Of a stretch of DNA of 64,000 nucleotides, positions 1 to 12,135 are shown one piece after another. This DNA comes from Chiloscyllium plagiosum (Eukaryota). The stretch is taken from positions 53,784,204-53,848,203 of the forward strand of contig NC_057719.1 in the NCBI RefSeq assembly GCF_004010195.1, given 5' to 3'. The translations under genes were made by a program, and so were the position numbers. Numbering within the stretch: the first letter of the stretch is position 1; every line of letters starts with the position of its first letter. The notes beneath the pieces were generated by a model. That model did not search any database and was not told where the DNA came from. It saw only the letters and a program-made list of their open reading frames with translations.

Positions 1-1443
1 AGGGCAGAGCGGTAGATGTGATCTATATGGACTTCAGTAAGGCGTTCGACAAGTTTCCCCATGGGAGACTGATTAGCAAGGTTAGATCTCATGGAATACA
101 GGGAGAACTAGCCATTTGGATACAGAACTGGCTCAAAGGTAAAAGTCAGAGGGTGGTAGAGGGTTGTTTTTCAGACTGGAGGCCTGTGACCAGTGGAGTG
201 CCATAAGGATTGGTGCTGGGTCCACTACCTTTTGTCATTTACATAAATGATTTGGATGTGAGCATAAGAGGTACAGTTAGTAAGTTTGCAGATGACACCA
301 AAATTGGAGGTGTAGTGGACAGCGAAGAGGGTTACCTCAGCTTACAACAGGATCTGGACCGGATGGGCCAATGGGCTGAGAAGTCGCAGATGGATAAAAA
401 CAATGACTGCCGATGCTGCAAACCAGATTCTGGATTAGTGGTGCTGGAAGAGCACAGCAGTTCAGGCAGCATCTGAGGAGCAGTAAAATCGACGTTTTGG
501 GCAAAGGCCTTTCATCAGGAATACAGCTGTGATGAAGGACTTTTGCCCGAAACGTTAATTTTACTGCTCCTCGGATGCTGCCTGAACTGCTGTGCTCTTC
601 CAGCACCACTAATCCAGAAAGTGGCAGATGGAGTTTAATTCACATAAATGCGAGGTGCTACATTTTGGGAAAGCAAATCTTAGCAGGACTTATACACTTA
701 ATGGTAAGGTCCTAGGGAGTGTTGCTGAACAAAGAGACGTTGGACTGCAGGTTCATAGCTCCTTGAAAGTGGAGTCGCAGGTAGATAGGATAATGAAGAA
801 GGCGTTTTGCTTTCTTTTATTGGTCACAATATTGAATACAGGAGTTGGGAGGTCATGTTGCGGCAACAGGATATTGGTTAGGCCACTGTTGGAATTTTGC
901 GTGCAATTCTGGTCTCCTTCCGATCAGAAAGGTGTTGTGAAACTTGAAAGGGTTCAGAAAAGATTTACAAGAATGCTGCCAGGGTTGGAGGATTTGAGCT
1001 ACAGGGAGAGGCTGAACAGGCTGGGGCTGTTTTCCCTGGAGCGTCAGACTGAGGGGTGACCTTATAGAGGTTTACAAAATTATGAGGGGCATGGATAGGA
1101 TAAATAGACAAAGTCTTTTTGTTGGTGTCGGGGAGTCCAGAACTAGTGGGCATAGGTTAAGGGTGAGAGGGGAAAGATATAAAAGAGACCTAAGGGACAA
1201 CTTTTTCACGCAGAAGGTGTTACGTGTATGGAATGAGCTGCCAGAGAATGTGGTGGAGGCTGGTACAATTGCAACATTTAAGAGGCATTTGGATGGGTAT
1301 ATGAATAGAAAGGGTTTGGAGGGATATGGGGCGGATGCTGGCAGGTGGGACTAGATTGGGTTGGGATATATGTTCGGCATGGACGGGTTGGACCGAAGGG
1401 TCTGTTTCCATGCTGTACACCTGTATGACTCTATGACTCTATG
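1..1443 (+). mobile_element. CR1-type LINE (shark HER1-like), 3' part of ORF2 RT and 3' tail, degenerate
   Basis: ORF fragments DFSKAFDK...SGVP, GPLPFVIYINDLD...KFADDTK and LERVQKRFTRMLPGL; ends in (CTATGACT)n tail at ~1424-1443; interrupted at 395-618. Confidence 0.95.
395..618. mobile_element. Fold-back Penelope-like terminal mini-element (family 1) inserted in CR1 RT
   Basis: ~90 bp inverted arms (428-517 vs 530-619); 14 bp TSD AAGT(C/G)GCAGATGGA at 381-394 and 619-632; degenerate hammerhead cores in both arms. Confidence 0.9.
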
Positions 1444-3232
1444 AAGGAGTTGAGGTTCAGAAAGCCGGCACCCTATTTGACATAATGGTGCAGGCAAACC
1501 CTGAACAGACAAAAGATCAGGCAGAAGTGATTTGTCCTGAAAGGCTAATGAATTTGCAACAGAAAGACGAGACAAAAGAAGATATGTGTTGATGCTTACT
1601 CAGAAAAGGAGGGAGAGATTATTCCGGAGGGTCATTATCTAAAAAATAGAATCCTAAGATGAAAGTAAGTAATCTAAAAAAAAATATGGAGCCAATGGCA
1701 GGTTAGTGCAGAGGAGAAATGGGCCGAAGTGCACCACATTGTGTTGCCAATAGCATATAGACAGGAAGTGTTACAGGTAACACATGAACTACCTGTAGGA
1801 GGTCACCTAGGTGTCCGAAAGACTCAGGCTAAGGTACAAGAATATTTTTATTGGCTTGGAATGCACAAGGATGTGGTTAAGTTTTGACGTATGTGTCTAA
1901 CATGCCAAATGTCAGGTACGACACAGGTGGTAATAAAACCAGCACCCTTTTGCCAATTCCCGCATTCAAAGAACATTTCACATGGGTTATGATTGATTGT
2001 GTAGGTCCCCTCCCTAAAACTAACAGTGGATACCTGTACTTACTAACCATAATGGATGTGTCTACCAGATTTCCAGAGGCAATTTCATTATGGAGTATTA
2101 AGGCAAAAAGAGTGATAGAGGAATTAATAGCTTTTTTTAGGCAGTATGGGTCACCCAAACAGATTTAGTCTGATCAAGGGTCTAATTTTACTGCTAGGCT
2201 GTTTAAGGAAGTCATGGATAGCTTAAGTATACAGCGCTTTAAATCATGTGCATATCATCCTGAATCCCAGGGAGCTTTCGAAAGGTGGCATCAGACCTTG
2301 AAGACAATGTTGAGAGCATACTGTCAGGACTACCTGAATGGTTGGGATAAAGGTATACATATTGTTTGAATAAGAGATGTCACAAATGAATCTACTCAGT
2401 TCAATCCTTTTGAGTTAATATTCGGGCATGAAGTGAGAGGCCCTTTGAAATTAATGAGAGAAATTGACAGGACCAAAGTCAGAGATTTCACACTTGGATT
2501 ATGTATCGGAGGTAAGGGAGAAATTAAATCAAGTCGGTGAGTTAGCTAAATAGCACCTAAAAAGGGCACAGCACAAAACGAAGCAGGTGGCAGATAAAAA
2601 TTCTGAGACACCGACGTTTTCCCAGGGGGATGACATGCTTGTATTGTTACCAGTGGTAAGAGATCCCTTCAAAACCAAGTTTAGTGGTCCCTATCAAATT
2701 GAGAAAAAGTTGAGTTAGATAAACTATCTAGTAAAGATGCCGGATAGAAAAGAACTGTGTCGCATATGTCATGTGAATATGTTGAAATCTTATTTTAATG
2801 GAAAGGAACTGAAGAAACAGGTGTTAGTAGATACTGCCCTACAGAGTGAGGAATCAAATCCAGGTGTTGTGGAGTTTGATGTGCCTCAAAGTATGTTAAA
2901 CAATGAGGAAGTCCTTGGGGAGTGGGCTAGGTTAGTAAACTTTCTGTCTCAGGAGCAAAGAACACAGTTGATAGGTTTGTTGCAGCAGTATGAGGACATA
3001 TGCAGGAAGAAGATGGGGAGGACAAATGCTATTGTGCATGAGGCAAACTTAGGGAAATGCTGTTCTGATAAAACAACACCCCTACAGGCTTAATCCTTTC
3101 AAAACCAGACAGGTACAGAAAGAAGTGGAGGGGATGCTCAACAAAGATATCATTGAACCATGTCAGAGTGAGTGGAGTTCGACGATCGTGTTAGTTCTCA
3201 AAGCTGATGGTTCTCAATGAATTTGTTTTGTT
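1444..3232 (+). mobile_element. Gmr1-like Gypsy LTR retrotransposon fragment: integrase followed by start of RT
   Basis: Integrase motifs HELPVGGHLG, IDCVGPLP, DQGSNF and FSGPYQI, then RT N-terminus (KQHPYRLNP...IIEPCQSEWSS) at ~3070-3230; paralogous to 20142-21665. Confidence 0.88.
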
Positions 3233-3378
3233 TACTTAGCAGAAGGGGTTTATCCAGTGTCACATCAGGATGGAGAGAATCATGCTCATCTTTCCTGCTG
3301 CTGCTGCTCAAGTAATTGACCATTTTTACACTGTTTCCATGGGCATAGCACCACACCACCTCTGCTGAACTTTGTGAC

Positions 3379-3612
3379 ATAGAGTCATAGAGTCATAGAG
3401 ATGTACAGCACGGAAACAGACCCTTCGGTCCAACCCGTCCATGCCGACCAGATATCCCAACCCAATCTAGTCCCACCTGCCAGTACCCGGTCCATATCCC
3501 TCCAAACCCTTCCTGTTCATATACCCATCTAAATGCCTCTTAAATGTTGCAATTGTACTAGCCTCACCACATCCTCCGACAGCTCATTCCATACACGTAC
3601 CACCCTCTGTGA
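3379..3612 (-). mobile_element. CR1 LINE 3' end fragment
   Basis: Begins with the reverse tail CATAGAGTCATAGAGTCATAGAG and matches the reverse complement of ~1215-1443. Confidence 0.9.
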
Positions 3613-4249
3613 ACTAAGTTACCCTAGCCAGCTGCATCCCTCTCATTGCCATGGAAAAGCATGCCCCTCTAGGTCCTCATGGCTCCCAGTGACATAACCA
3701 TGGAGATGCTACTGAGCAGAGGTCCTGCCTTTGCCTGTCTGAACCCTATTCTGTTTTTTCTTCTCTTTGCTCTCCTACTCAAAGCTCTTTCAAATTGCAA
3801 ACCCTTTAAATACTTAGTTGAAATCATATCACATGCGTGGTCATCACAACTGATGACTATAATTGTTTGGAAGCTACAATATTAGACAGTTCAGCAGTGC
3901 CTCTACGTAAATGGACTGTACTGACTTCTTGGTTTCCCACTGACCACTAGACATCCGTCTGCTAGAACGTAACAAATGTAAACTAAAGCTCATCGAATCT
4001 TACAGCATATATAAAGATTATATGATCCATCACACCAGTTTCACCCTTTTGAAAAGAACTGCTGAGTTTATTCCCACACCCTATCATTTTTCCCATAACC
4101 CTTAAAAATACTCCTCTCCAAATATAGAGCGAAATGTTTGTGATAAATGTGGTGGAATTTTCTCGGATCCTTCAGATAGTGTGTTTCAGACCTTAACAAC
4201 TTCCCATGCAAATAACTTCTAAGTTGTAGATTTCTTTAATCCTTTGACG

Positions 4250-5360
4250 AGAGCCTCGAGGAGAAGCCAGTGCAGATTCCCGGCTTCAGTGCAGACTCCC
4301 GGCCTCAGTGCGGACTCCCGGTCTCAGTGCAGACTCCCGGCCTCAGTGCGGACTCCCGGCCTCAGTGCGGATTCCCGGCCTCAGTGCGGATTCCCGGCCT
4401 CAGTGCAGACATCCCGGCCTCAGTGCGGACTCCCGGCCTCAATGCGGACTCCCGGCCTCAATGCGGACTCCCGGCCTCAGTGCGGACTCCCGGCCTCAGT
4501 GCGGACTCCCGGCCTCAGTGCGGATTCCCGGCCTCAGTGCGGATTCCCGGTCTCAGTGCGGACTCCCGGCCTCAGTGCGTACTCCCAGCCTCAGTGCGGA
4601 CTCCCGGCCTCAGTGTGGACTCCCGGCCTCAGTGCGGATTCCCGGCCTCAGTGCGGACTCCCGGCCTCAGTGCAGACATCCCGGCCTCAGTGCGGACTCC
4701 CGGCCTCAGTGCAGACATCCCGGCCTCAGTGCGGACTCCCGGCCTCAGTGCAGACATCCCGGCCTCAGTGCGGACTCCCGGCCTCAGTGCAGACATCCCG
4801 GCCTCAGTGCGGACTCCCGGCCTCAGTGCAGACATCCCGGCCTCAGTGCGGACTCCCGGCCTCAGTGCAGACATCCCGGCCTCAGTGCGGACTCCCGGCC
4901 TCAGTGCAGACATCCCGGCCTCAGTGCGGACTCCCGGCCTTAGTGCGGACTCCTGGCCTCAGTGCGGACTCCCGGCCTCAGTGCGGACTCCCGGTCTCAG
5001 TGCAGACTCCTGGTCTTGAGGTGGTTCCACAGCAGACCTCCGGCAATCCTGGCTTCGAGAGACTCAAGGTGAAGCCTGGCATGGACTGGAGGAGACGGCT
5101 GGTGTGGACTTGGTTGGAAGGAGTGTTATTCTGAACATTTAATTTCTTTAGTTTACTAATTTGTTCCTTGATTTTGTATTTTTGTATTTAAGATGGCATA
5201 AAGGACTTCTTTATTTTTCTTATAATTTCCTGAGAATTTGTACTTAACAATCTGCACTTCAATACCTTTATATCTAAGATGACACCATTAGTGTCGACCT
5301 GTAAACATTGCACTGTACTCGTGTGAGTACATGTGACAAGAAAACTAATTCAAATTCTAA
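4250..5360 (+). mobile_element. Non-autonomous retroposon-like element: GC-rich VNTR plus AT-rich 3' tail
   Basis: The tail 5130-5360 (CTAAGATGACACC...GAGTACATGTGACAAGAAAACTAATTCAAATTCTA) matches the reverse complement of 30210-30400; the body is a tandem array. Confidence 0.6.
4268..5015. repeat. GC-rich minisatellite, 19-bp unit CAGTGCGGACTCCCGGCCT with a 19+20 bp higher-order block
   Basis: About 38 tandem units. The 19-aa periodicity in all three + frames fits a 19-nt unit; the 13-aa periodicity at ~4660-4920 fits a 39-nt dimer. Confidence 0.97.
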
Positions 5361-6036
5361 TATTCAATCTCTGATCTCTGCTTACCAACCTATTTGTCAG
5401 AGAAACCGGTTTCTGTAACTGCAATATCAAAACCCCTTATAATTAAGAAAATATCTATTAAGTTTCAACTTTACCTTCTCTTATCTGAGGAGAAATTCAG
5501 CAGCAAGAGTAACTTCACCAAATGCTCCACATAGCCCTGATTAACCTCCTCTGCTCTTTGTTTCAGGCCGAAATATCTAATTCTTACAGTATGATGCCTG
5601 AAATTGTATATAAATTTTTAGCTGATATTTAAATCTGTAGCATGCCTTTCTTGCTTAAATGCTCAATGCTCAGGTTTAGGAAACCAAGTATTCTAAATGC
5701 ATTGCAAATAAAAGTTCAACTTGTTCTGTCATTTTCAAAGATCTTTCTCTCCACTATTGTAACCATCTTTTATAGTACTATTTTGATCATAACTGCTTCT
5801 CTATTCTGTTTCTCACAGAGTGCATCACCTCACATTATATACATTACATTGCACTGCTCATATGTCTTTCATTTAGCCAGCCTTGTTATTGCTGAAATAT
5901 GCCTCGATCTCTTCATTATTTCCTATTTTTTGTAGATAATATAAAACTTTACAAATTTTGGAATCAAAATTCCTCAGTCCAAACCTTACAGTTTACAAAA
6001 ATCGCATTGACCCGATTGATTACAGAATCTCAATGT

Positions 6037-6408
6037 GGGGAGGTGATGATGTAATGGTACTAGCACTAGAGTAGTAATCCAAAACTTCAGGCAAATGTTC
6101 TAGAGATATGGCAGATGGTGAAATTTGAACTCTGCAGTAAAAAAACAAAATCTGGAATTAAAAGCTCACCTAATGGCAACTATGTATTGATCGTCATAAA
6201 AAAATCGTGGTTCACTAATGTCCTTTTTAAAGGAAAGAAATCTGCCATCCTTACCTGGATATAACCCCAGCTTAAAGCAATATAATGACTCTTGACTGCC
6301 CTCTGAAATGGCTTTGCAAGCTATTTAGTTCAAGGATAATTAGGGATAGGCAATGATTTCTGGCCTAGCCAACAATGAGCACATTCTATGATCCAACATA
6401 TTTTTTAA
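6037..6408 (+). mobile_element. tRNA-derived SINE (second shark SINE family), diverged
   Basis: tRNA-like head, body GGTTCACTAATGTCCTTT...ATCTGCCATCCTTACCTGG, tail TAATTAGGGATAGGCAAT...CTGGCCTAGCC; the tail is shared with the LINE end at ~18450. Confidence 0.75.
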
Positions 6409-7569
6409 AAGTACAATTTTTCAGATACAAGTGGAAGAAGAGTACATTGTGCACTCCCCCTATTTGTATCAGTTACCTAATGAATGATCCTGAAAAGAAT
6501 AGCTGGAAGTCTGCTCAGAAAAGGTCAAAAACATTTTCAGATGTATTTCTGTATGAGAAGAGCCAGAGTGAAAGACAATCTTTTGCCCTGCTGTGTTCAG
6601 TAAGTCTATTTGACACCGACAGCTTAGTAGTGGCATACTTAAATTGAGTTTATATTCAAGAGTGGTTCATGGCTTCCTGTGAATGTTTGGACAGAAGTTG
6701 GATATCATCTATCTAAGGGTGCTGGCAATGTTTATCTTGTACAGCATTGAGATTTCTCTGCAACCGGCAGGTCAAAGGCCTTGTAACAACTCACAGCCCT
6801 TGCACCAATGGCACAATAGTTTCTTACTAACAGCAATTCCCTGCCCCATGCCAATTTCTTGGATCGTGGTCACTCATGTATCAATGTTATTGGACAATAA
6901 CCAAATGCTCCCAGCAGATTAATTGTATTTTGATGAAAGTTATTGCATTGATATGAACAGATGTTTTGCTGACATGGTTCCTACGTGTGACCTCTTGAAG
7001 GCAAGGAAACTATCATGCAGAGGGAACTATGCATCCTTCCAGCTGACATTGCCTTTCCACAAGAGAAGTAATGAGAGTGCTGTCTCTTGCAAACACAGCA
7101 TATGCCTCTTCACAGACACTTGATTCTACTGCAGATTACGTAGCTTGGCAGATGTCTTTTAAATTGCCTTGTAATAATGCACCAAGGGCAATAGTAGCCT
7201 TCAGTTCTAAGGGACAATGTGCCTCCGTTCTAGATGATAAGTGCAGACATAGCAACTCTGCAGTAACAATCTTGTGAAGACTAAATTTAGCCAAAATGAT
7301 GAGGTGCAAATGGGCTTTGTTTTGAAGAGATCCTCAGCAATGTAATTATTTTCATGCCTTTAAAAGGTACTGTGTCAAATCCAACAAAAACCAAGAATGA
7401 AGCTGAACAGCATTGTTAGAGGTTAAAAAAAAACATTTTGATCAAAAATGGAAACTTATCCACTAAAAACTATTTTAATCCACAAGCAGAAAATGCAGAC
7501 AAAGTATATTGTAAAGACTACATCTTCCTATTTTTCTTTACTTTTGATTGTGGATGGAAATGGGAAACA

Positions 7570-8586
7570 GGGTGAAAGTGAGGACTCAGATGCTGAAGAT
7601 TAGACTCAAGATTAGAGTGGTGCTGGAAATACACAGCAGGTCAGGCAGCATCCGAGGAGCAGGAAAATCGACATTTCGGGCAAAAGCCCTTCATCAGGAA
7701 TAGAGGCAGGGAGCCTCCNNNNNNNNNNNNNNNNNNNNNNNNNNNNNNNNNNNNNNNNNNNNNNNNNNNNNNNNNNNNNNNNNNNNNNNNNNNNNNNNNN
7801 NNNNNNNNNNNNNNNNNNNNNNNNNNNNNNNNNNNNNNNNNNNNNNNNNNNNNNNNNNNNNNNNNNNNNNNNNNNNNNNNNNNNNNNNNNNNNNNNNNNN
7901 NNNNNNNNNNNNNNNNNNNNNNNNNNNNNNNNNNNNNNNNNNNNNNNNNNNNNNNNNNNNNNNNNNNNNNNNNNNNNNNNNNNNNNNNNNNNNNNNNNNN
8001 NNNNNNNNNNNNNNNNNNNNNNNNNNNNNNNNNNNNNNNNNNNNNNNNNNNNNNNNNNNNNNNNNNNNNNNNNNNNNNNNNNNNNNNNNNNNNNNNNNNN
8101 NNNNNNNNNNNNNNNNNNNNNNNNNNNNNNNNNNNNNNNNNNNNNNNNNNNNNNNNNNNNNNNNNNNNNNNNNNNNNNNNNNNNNNNNNNNNNNNNNNNN
8201 NNNNNNNNNNNNNNNNNNNNNNNNNNNNNNNNNNNNNNNNNNNNNNNNNNNNNNNNNNNNNNNNNNNNNNNNNNNNNNNNNNNNNNNNNNNNNNNNNNNN
8301 NNNNNNNNNNNNNNNNNNNNNNNNNNNNNNNNNNNNNNNNNNNNNNNNNNNNNNNNNNNNNNNNNNNNNNNNNNNNNNNNNNNNNNNNNNNNNNNNNNNN
8401 NNNNNNNNNNNNNNNNNNNNNNNNNNNNNNNNNNNNNNNNNNCCCCCACTCCCTCCTCCATTTATCTCTCCACCCTGGAGGTTCCTTGCCTCTATTCCTG
8501 ATGAAGGGCTTTTGTCCGAAACATTGATTTTCTTGCTCCTCAGATGCTGCCTGACCTGCTGTGCTTTTCCAGCACCACTCTAATCT
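7570..8586. mobile_element. Penelope-like element (family 1) with inverted termini, interior lost in an assembly gap
   Basis: 7610-7717 is the inverted copy of 8475-8586; hammerhead cores at 7666-7701 (-) and 8494-8529 (+); N-run between them. Confidence 0.85.
7666..7701 (-). ncRNA. Minimal type-I hammerhead ribozyme motif (family 1)
   Basis: Minus strand reads AUUC-CUGAUGA-A-GGGC-UUUU-GCCC-GAAA-UGUC-GAUU. Confidence 0.7.
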
Positions 8587-10705
8587 GTGATGAATGTCAA
8601 GTCAACCATGATCATATTGCATGGTGGAGCAGGTTCAAGAGGCTGAATGGCCTAGGTCTGTTTCTATTACTCATGGTCTTATGAACTTATGGACAAAATT
8701 GATTCACCTGGCAACAGCTTTTAAGTTCAGTTGCATGAATGATATTGTGGCAGAAGATAGAAGAAACAGTTTGTCTCTATTTTTCAATGCAGTAGAAGTA
8801 CTTGGAGTCTTGAGAAAGCCATTTCTCCCATTAGTTGTTGTAAGATGTTGTCTTCAACTAAGAGACTTTCTATTTTGTGTACTAATCACCCAATGCCTCC
8901 AGCAAACAAGTGAAATGAAAAGAGAAAAAAGATCCAAGAACAGAAGGGCTGGGAAGCAAAAATGAACATTTCATTGGACTGGTGCTAATGAACCGTGTTT
9001 CTCAAAACATTGTTCTCCAACATTTTTTGTTTGTCTTTGTCTGTCTACATGTGAGGATAGGGTTTAGAAGGGAATTAGAGTTTCAATTGGTACAGCTAGA
9101 GATTGATAGTTCATAGTTTTATTTAGCTGTGGCTAGAATCTACTAATTTGTAATGAGCAGTAGTTAAGTACTGGAACTTGGTTAATGTTTTCTATTAGCT
9201 TGATTAAATCAGATAGACAAAATTTAAGGATGTTATACATTTGTTTAAATCATTAAATTTTGTGGTGATATTGGGAGTCATGGGGCTCTTTCTCAAGTGA
9301 GTCATAATAGTATGTAAATGTTTAAAATGTTTTTGAATATTAACTTTTAAAGAAATGTTTCGCATGCACAAAGTGAGATACATTTTGCCCAGCAAAATAA
9401 AAGAACCATCTTAAATTTGCCATTCAAAGGATCAATGATGAATATTAGAGATCTGAACTTCTGATCCAATTGTACTACAAGCAAAATTCTGCTGTTTGCT
9501 TAATCAAAAACCTCACCCTTATCAGGAAGCTAGATATATCATGAACACATATTGTGTTTAAAAAATATCTATCAGCTACAAAAAAGCTACTTTCTAACAC
9601 ATACATTTCAAGGAAATATGGATTAAAGTCTGCTATTGCAATCCAGAAATTGAAACTGAGCCAGACACAATACATGAATTGCATTTACAGCACAGAAGCA
9701 GCTCAATTCCTCTATGTCGGTGTTTATGCTCCACAAGAGTCTCCTTTTGCTGTCCATCATCTCTATCAGCATAGCCTTCCAATCCTCTCACCTTCACATA
9801 CTTTCCAGTTTCCATTTAAATGTGTTCATGCCATTGCTTCAGCTATTCCTTGTGGTAGCAAGATATACAATATGCATAAACTAACTTACACAAGTGGCAA
9901 ACATAATTTATATTCAAGTTTTCATAATAGCAATTTGTATTTCCCAATAAGAAATGTTTGACATTTCATTCCACTGAATTATATTTGCAGCTAAATCTTA
10001 GATAGCTTTTGAAATGAAACGTTACTATAGGTTCTTCTGCAGGGTCAGTTTTTGGAGTGAAGTAGCCCATCTATCAACATGATTTGTGACTAGATCAGGT
10101 AGTAGATTGATGAACCTGTCAAGTTTTATGTTTTGATTTATTCTGTTTCCTTTCCTCGATATTTCAACCTTGGCCGTGTCCTCCAGGAGGGGTCTTGGCT
10201 CTTGACCTATTTTCTCAAAATATAAAACCTCACAGAGCTAATGGAGCCTTTCCAAACATCCTTATTTCAACTGTCAAAGACCCTATCTCTATTAAAATAA
10301 AGCTTTTGGATTCAACTTTGACTTTGCATGACAACATAAAACTGTCAAGAATCAGAGCAGCCATGTTGTTTTCATTTCTATTTACTGGTATCCTAATATA
10401 AAAACCAAATATAAGTTAACTAAAGAAATATCTTAAAACCCAAGACAGAGATAAGCAGATCTGAATAAATGATCAATACAAAGAAGCAGGTTATCATAAA
10501 ATAAACAAAATACTGGAGCAGTATGAGAAGCTAAGAAAACAAACAAAGTCTTACACTTAACAAAGGTTTTCTTTGAAAGAATAAAAATGCTTGAATAATT
10601 AAAGATGAACAGGCAAAAAGCAAATAGTCCAAAGTTAATTACCATTACCCCTCTGTCCCTGTCCTTTCTTTGATGACTTTTAATATAGGAATTCTGCAGA
10701 TATTA

Positions 10706-11000
10706 CATTAGATTCCCTACAGTGTGGAAACAGGCCCTTCGGTCCAACCAGTCCACACCGACCCTCCGAAGAGTAACCCACCCAGACCCATTTCACTCTA
10801 ACCAATACACCTAACACTACGGGCAATTTAGCATGGCCAATTCACCTGACCTGCACATTGTTGGACTGTGGGAGGAAACCAGAGCAAATCCACACAGAGA
10901 GAATGTGCAAACTCCACACAGTCACCCGAGGCCAGAATCGAACCTGGGACCCTGATGCTGTAAGGCAGCAGTGCTAGCCACTGAGCCACTGTGCCACCAT
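10706..11000 (-). mobile_element. HE1-like SINE (V-SINE)
   Basis: Minus strand GGCACAGTGGCTCAGTGGCTAGCACTGCTGCC (A box), GGTTCGATTC (B box), TGGCCATGCTAAATTGCCC, and a CR1-like tail. Confidence 0.9.
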
Positions 11001-11129
11001 GTATTGTTACTGCCTCTTTTAACTCTACAACGCCACTCCTGTTCTTACAGATTGTGATGCCTGGAACACCACTTGGAACAGATCTTGATTTTACACAACT
11101 TTACAAAACTCAATTAGCTTTTTTCAACC

Positions 11130-12135
11130 TTTTTCAGAGAGCCATTTTCAATGGAGCAACAACAGAACTGGACCAAATTGTTTGGAATGAAAATTGGGAA
11201 AATCTGTAATTGAGAAATGAGCTCCTTCAAAGAATAGACAGTTCCAGTACAGTTAGGGTATCATCCCACCGCAGGGAAAGATAGGACAAATAAATCCAGT
11301 GCTGCCTGAATGACAAAAGGAGAAAGAATAAAGAATAAAATGTGGCAGCTGTCAGGTTGAAAACACTATCCAGAACCAAGCAGATATGGAATGTTCATAA
11401 GGAAGATGAAATATCAAGCTATAGAATCAGACAGGACTTATGAGAAAACACTGGCAGCCAACAGATTAGATTTTGAAAGGCATTTAAATAGTAAATGTGT
11501 GTAAAAAAGAAGAGGGCTGATAAAGGGTCAAACAGGGATTCACACATGGAGGCAGAGAGCATGTCTAGGTATGAAATGAATACTTTGCATCTGTCTCTAT
11601 CATGGAGGCATGGTGATGGAGAAGCAAGGACAACTGTTAGATAGACTGCTGTGACTTAAAGTTTACAAGATTTTGAGACTGGATGAGATGCATCTAACGA
11701 TAGTGAAAGAAAAGAGACAGCAGAAATTGCAGGGGTACTAGCCATAATCTTTTAGTTTTCTCTAGATTCCAGAGGAATGGTAAATTGCAAACATCTTGTT
11801 CAGAAAAACATCTTGTTTAAGGATAAATGCAGCAATTACAGACAAGTCCATTTAATTTCAGTGAGGTAGCTTCTACAAATAAACTTAGTAGTCATATGGA
11901 ACAAATGTAGGTTAATCAGGAACAGTCATGATATATTTCCAATGGGGAAATGGTGCTTAATTAATTTGCTGGAATTCCTTGAAGAGGTAACGAGAGGGTT
12001 GGTGAGGGTAATTCTGCTGATAGGCTTCATGTAGCCTTTCAGAAGGTGTTTAATAGAGTGCTCCATAATAAACTTGTGAGAAAAGTTATAACTGGTGGAA
12101 TAAAAGGGACAGTGGCTGAAATAACTCAACAGAGG
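11130..12135 (+). mobile_element. Ancient CR1 LINE ORF2 relic
   Basis: Degenerate NEYFASV (AATGAATACTTTGCATCTGTCT), NYRQVHL and CLINLLEFLEEVT motifs. Confidence 0.7.

Noticed and set aside
395..618. Classification of the fold-backs as MITEs/DNA transposons
   Set aside because: TSDs of 11-15 bp with variable sequence, an asymmetric tail and identity to GIY-YIG-linked termini indicate a Penelope origin.
4268..5015. CRISPR-like periodicity
   Set aside because: Units are contiguous with no unique spacers, in a eukaryotic context with no cas genes.
4244..5134. Long ORFs (296, 249 and 211 aa) in three frames
   Set aside because: They are a by-product of a stop-free 19-bp minisatellite, with no evidence of real coding.
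6541..6605. Possible short exon (TTTTCAG...GTAAGT)
   Set aside because: Splice-like signals only; no recognisable peptide or partner exons.
7694..8461. 255-aa ORF
   Set aside because: It consists almost entirely of an N gap.
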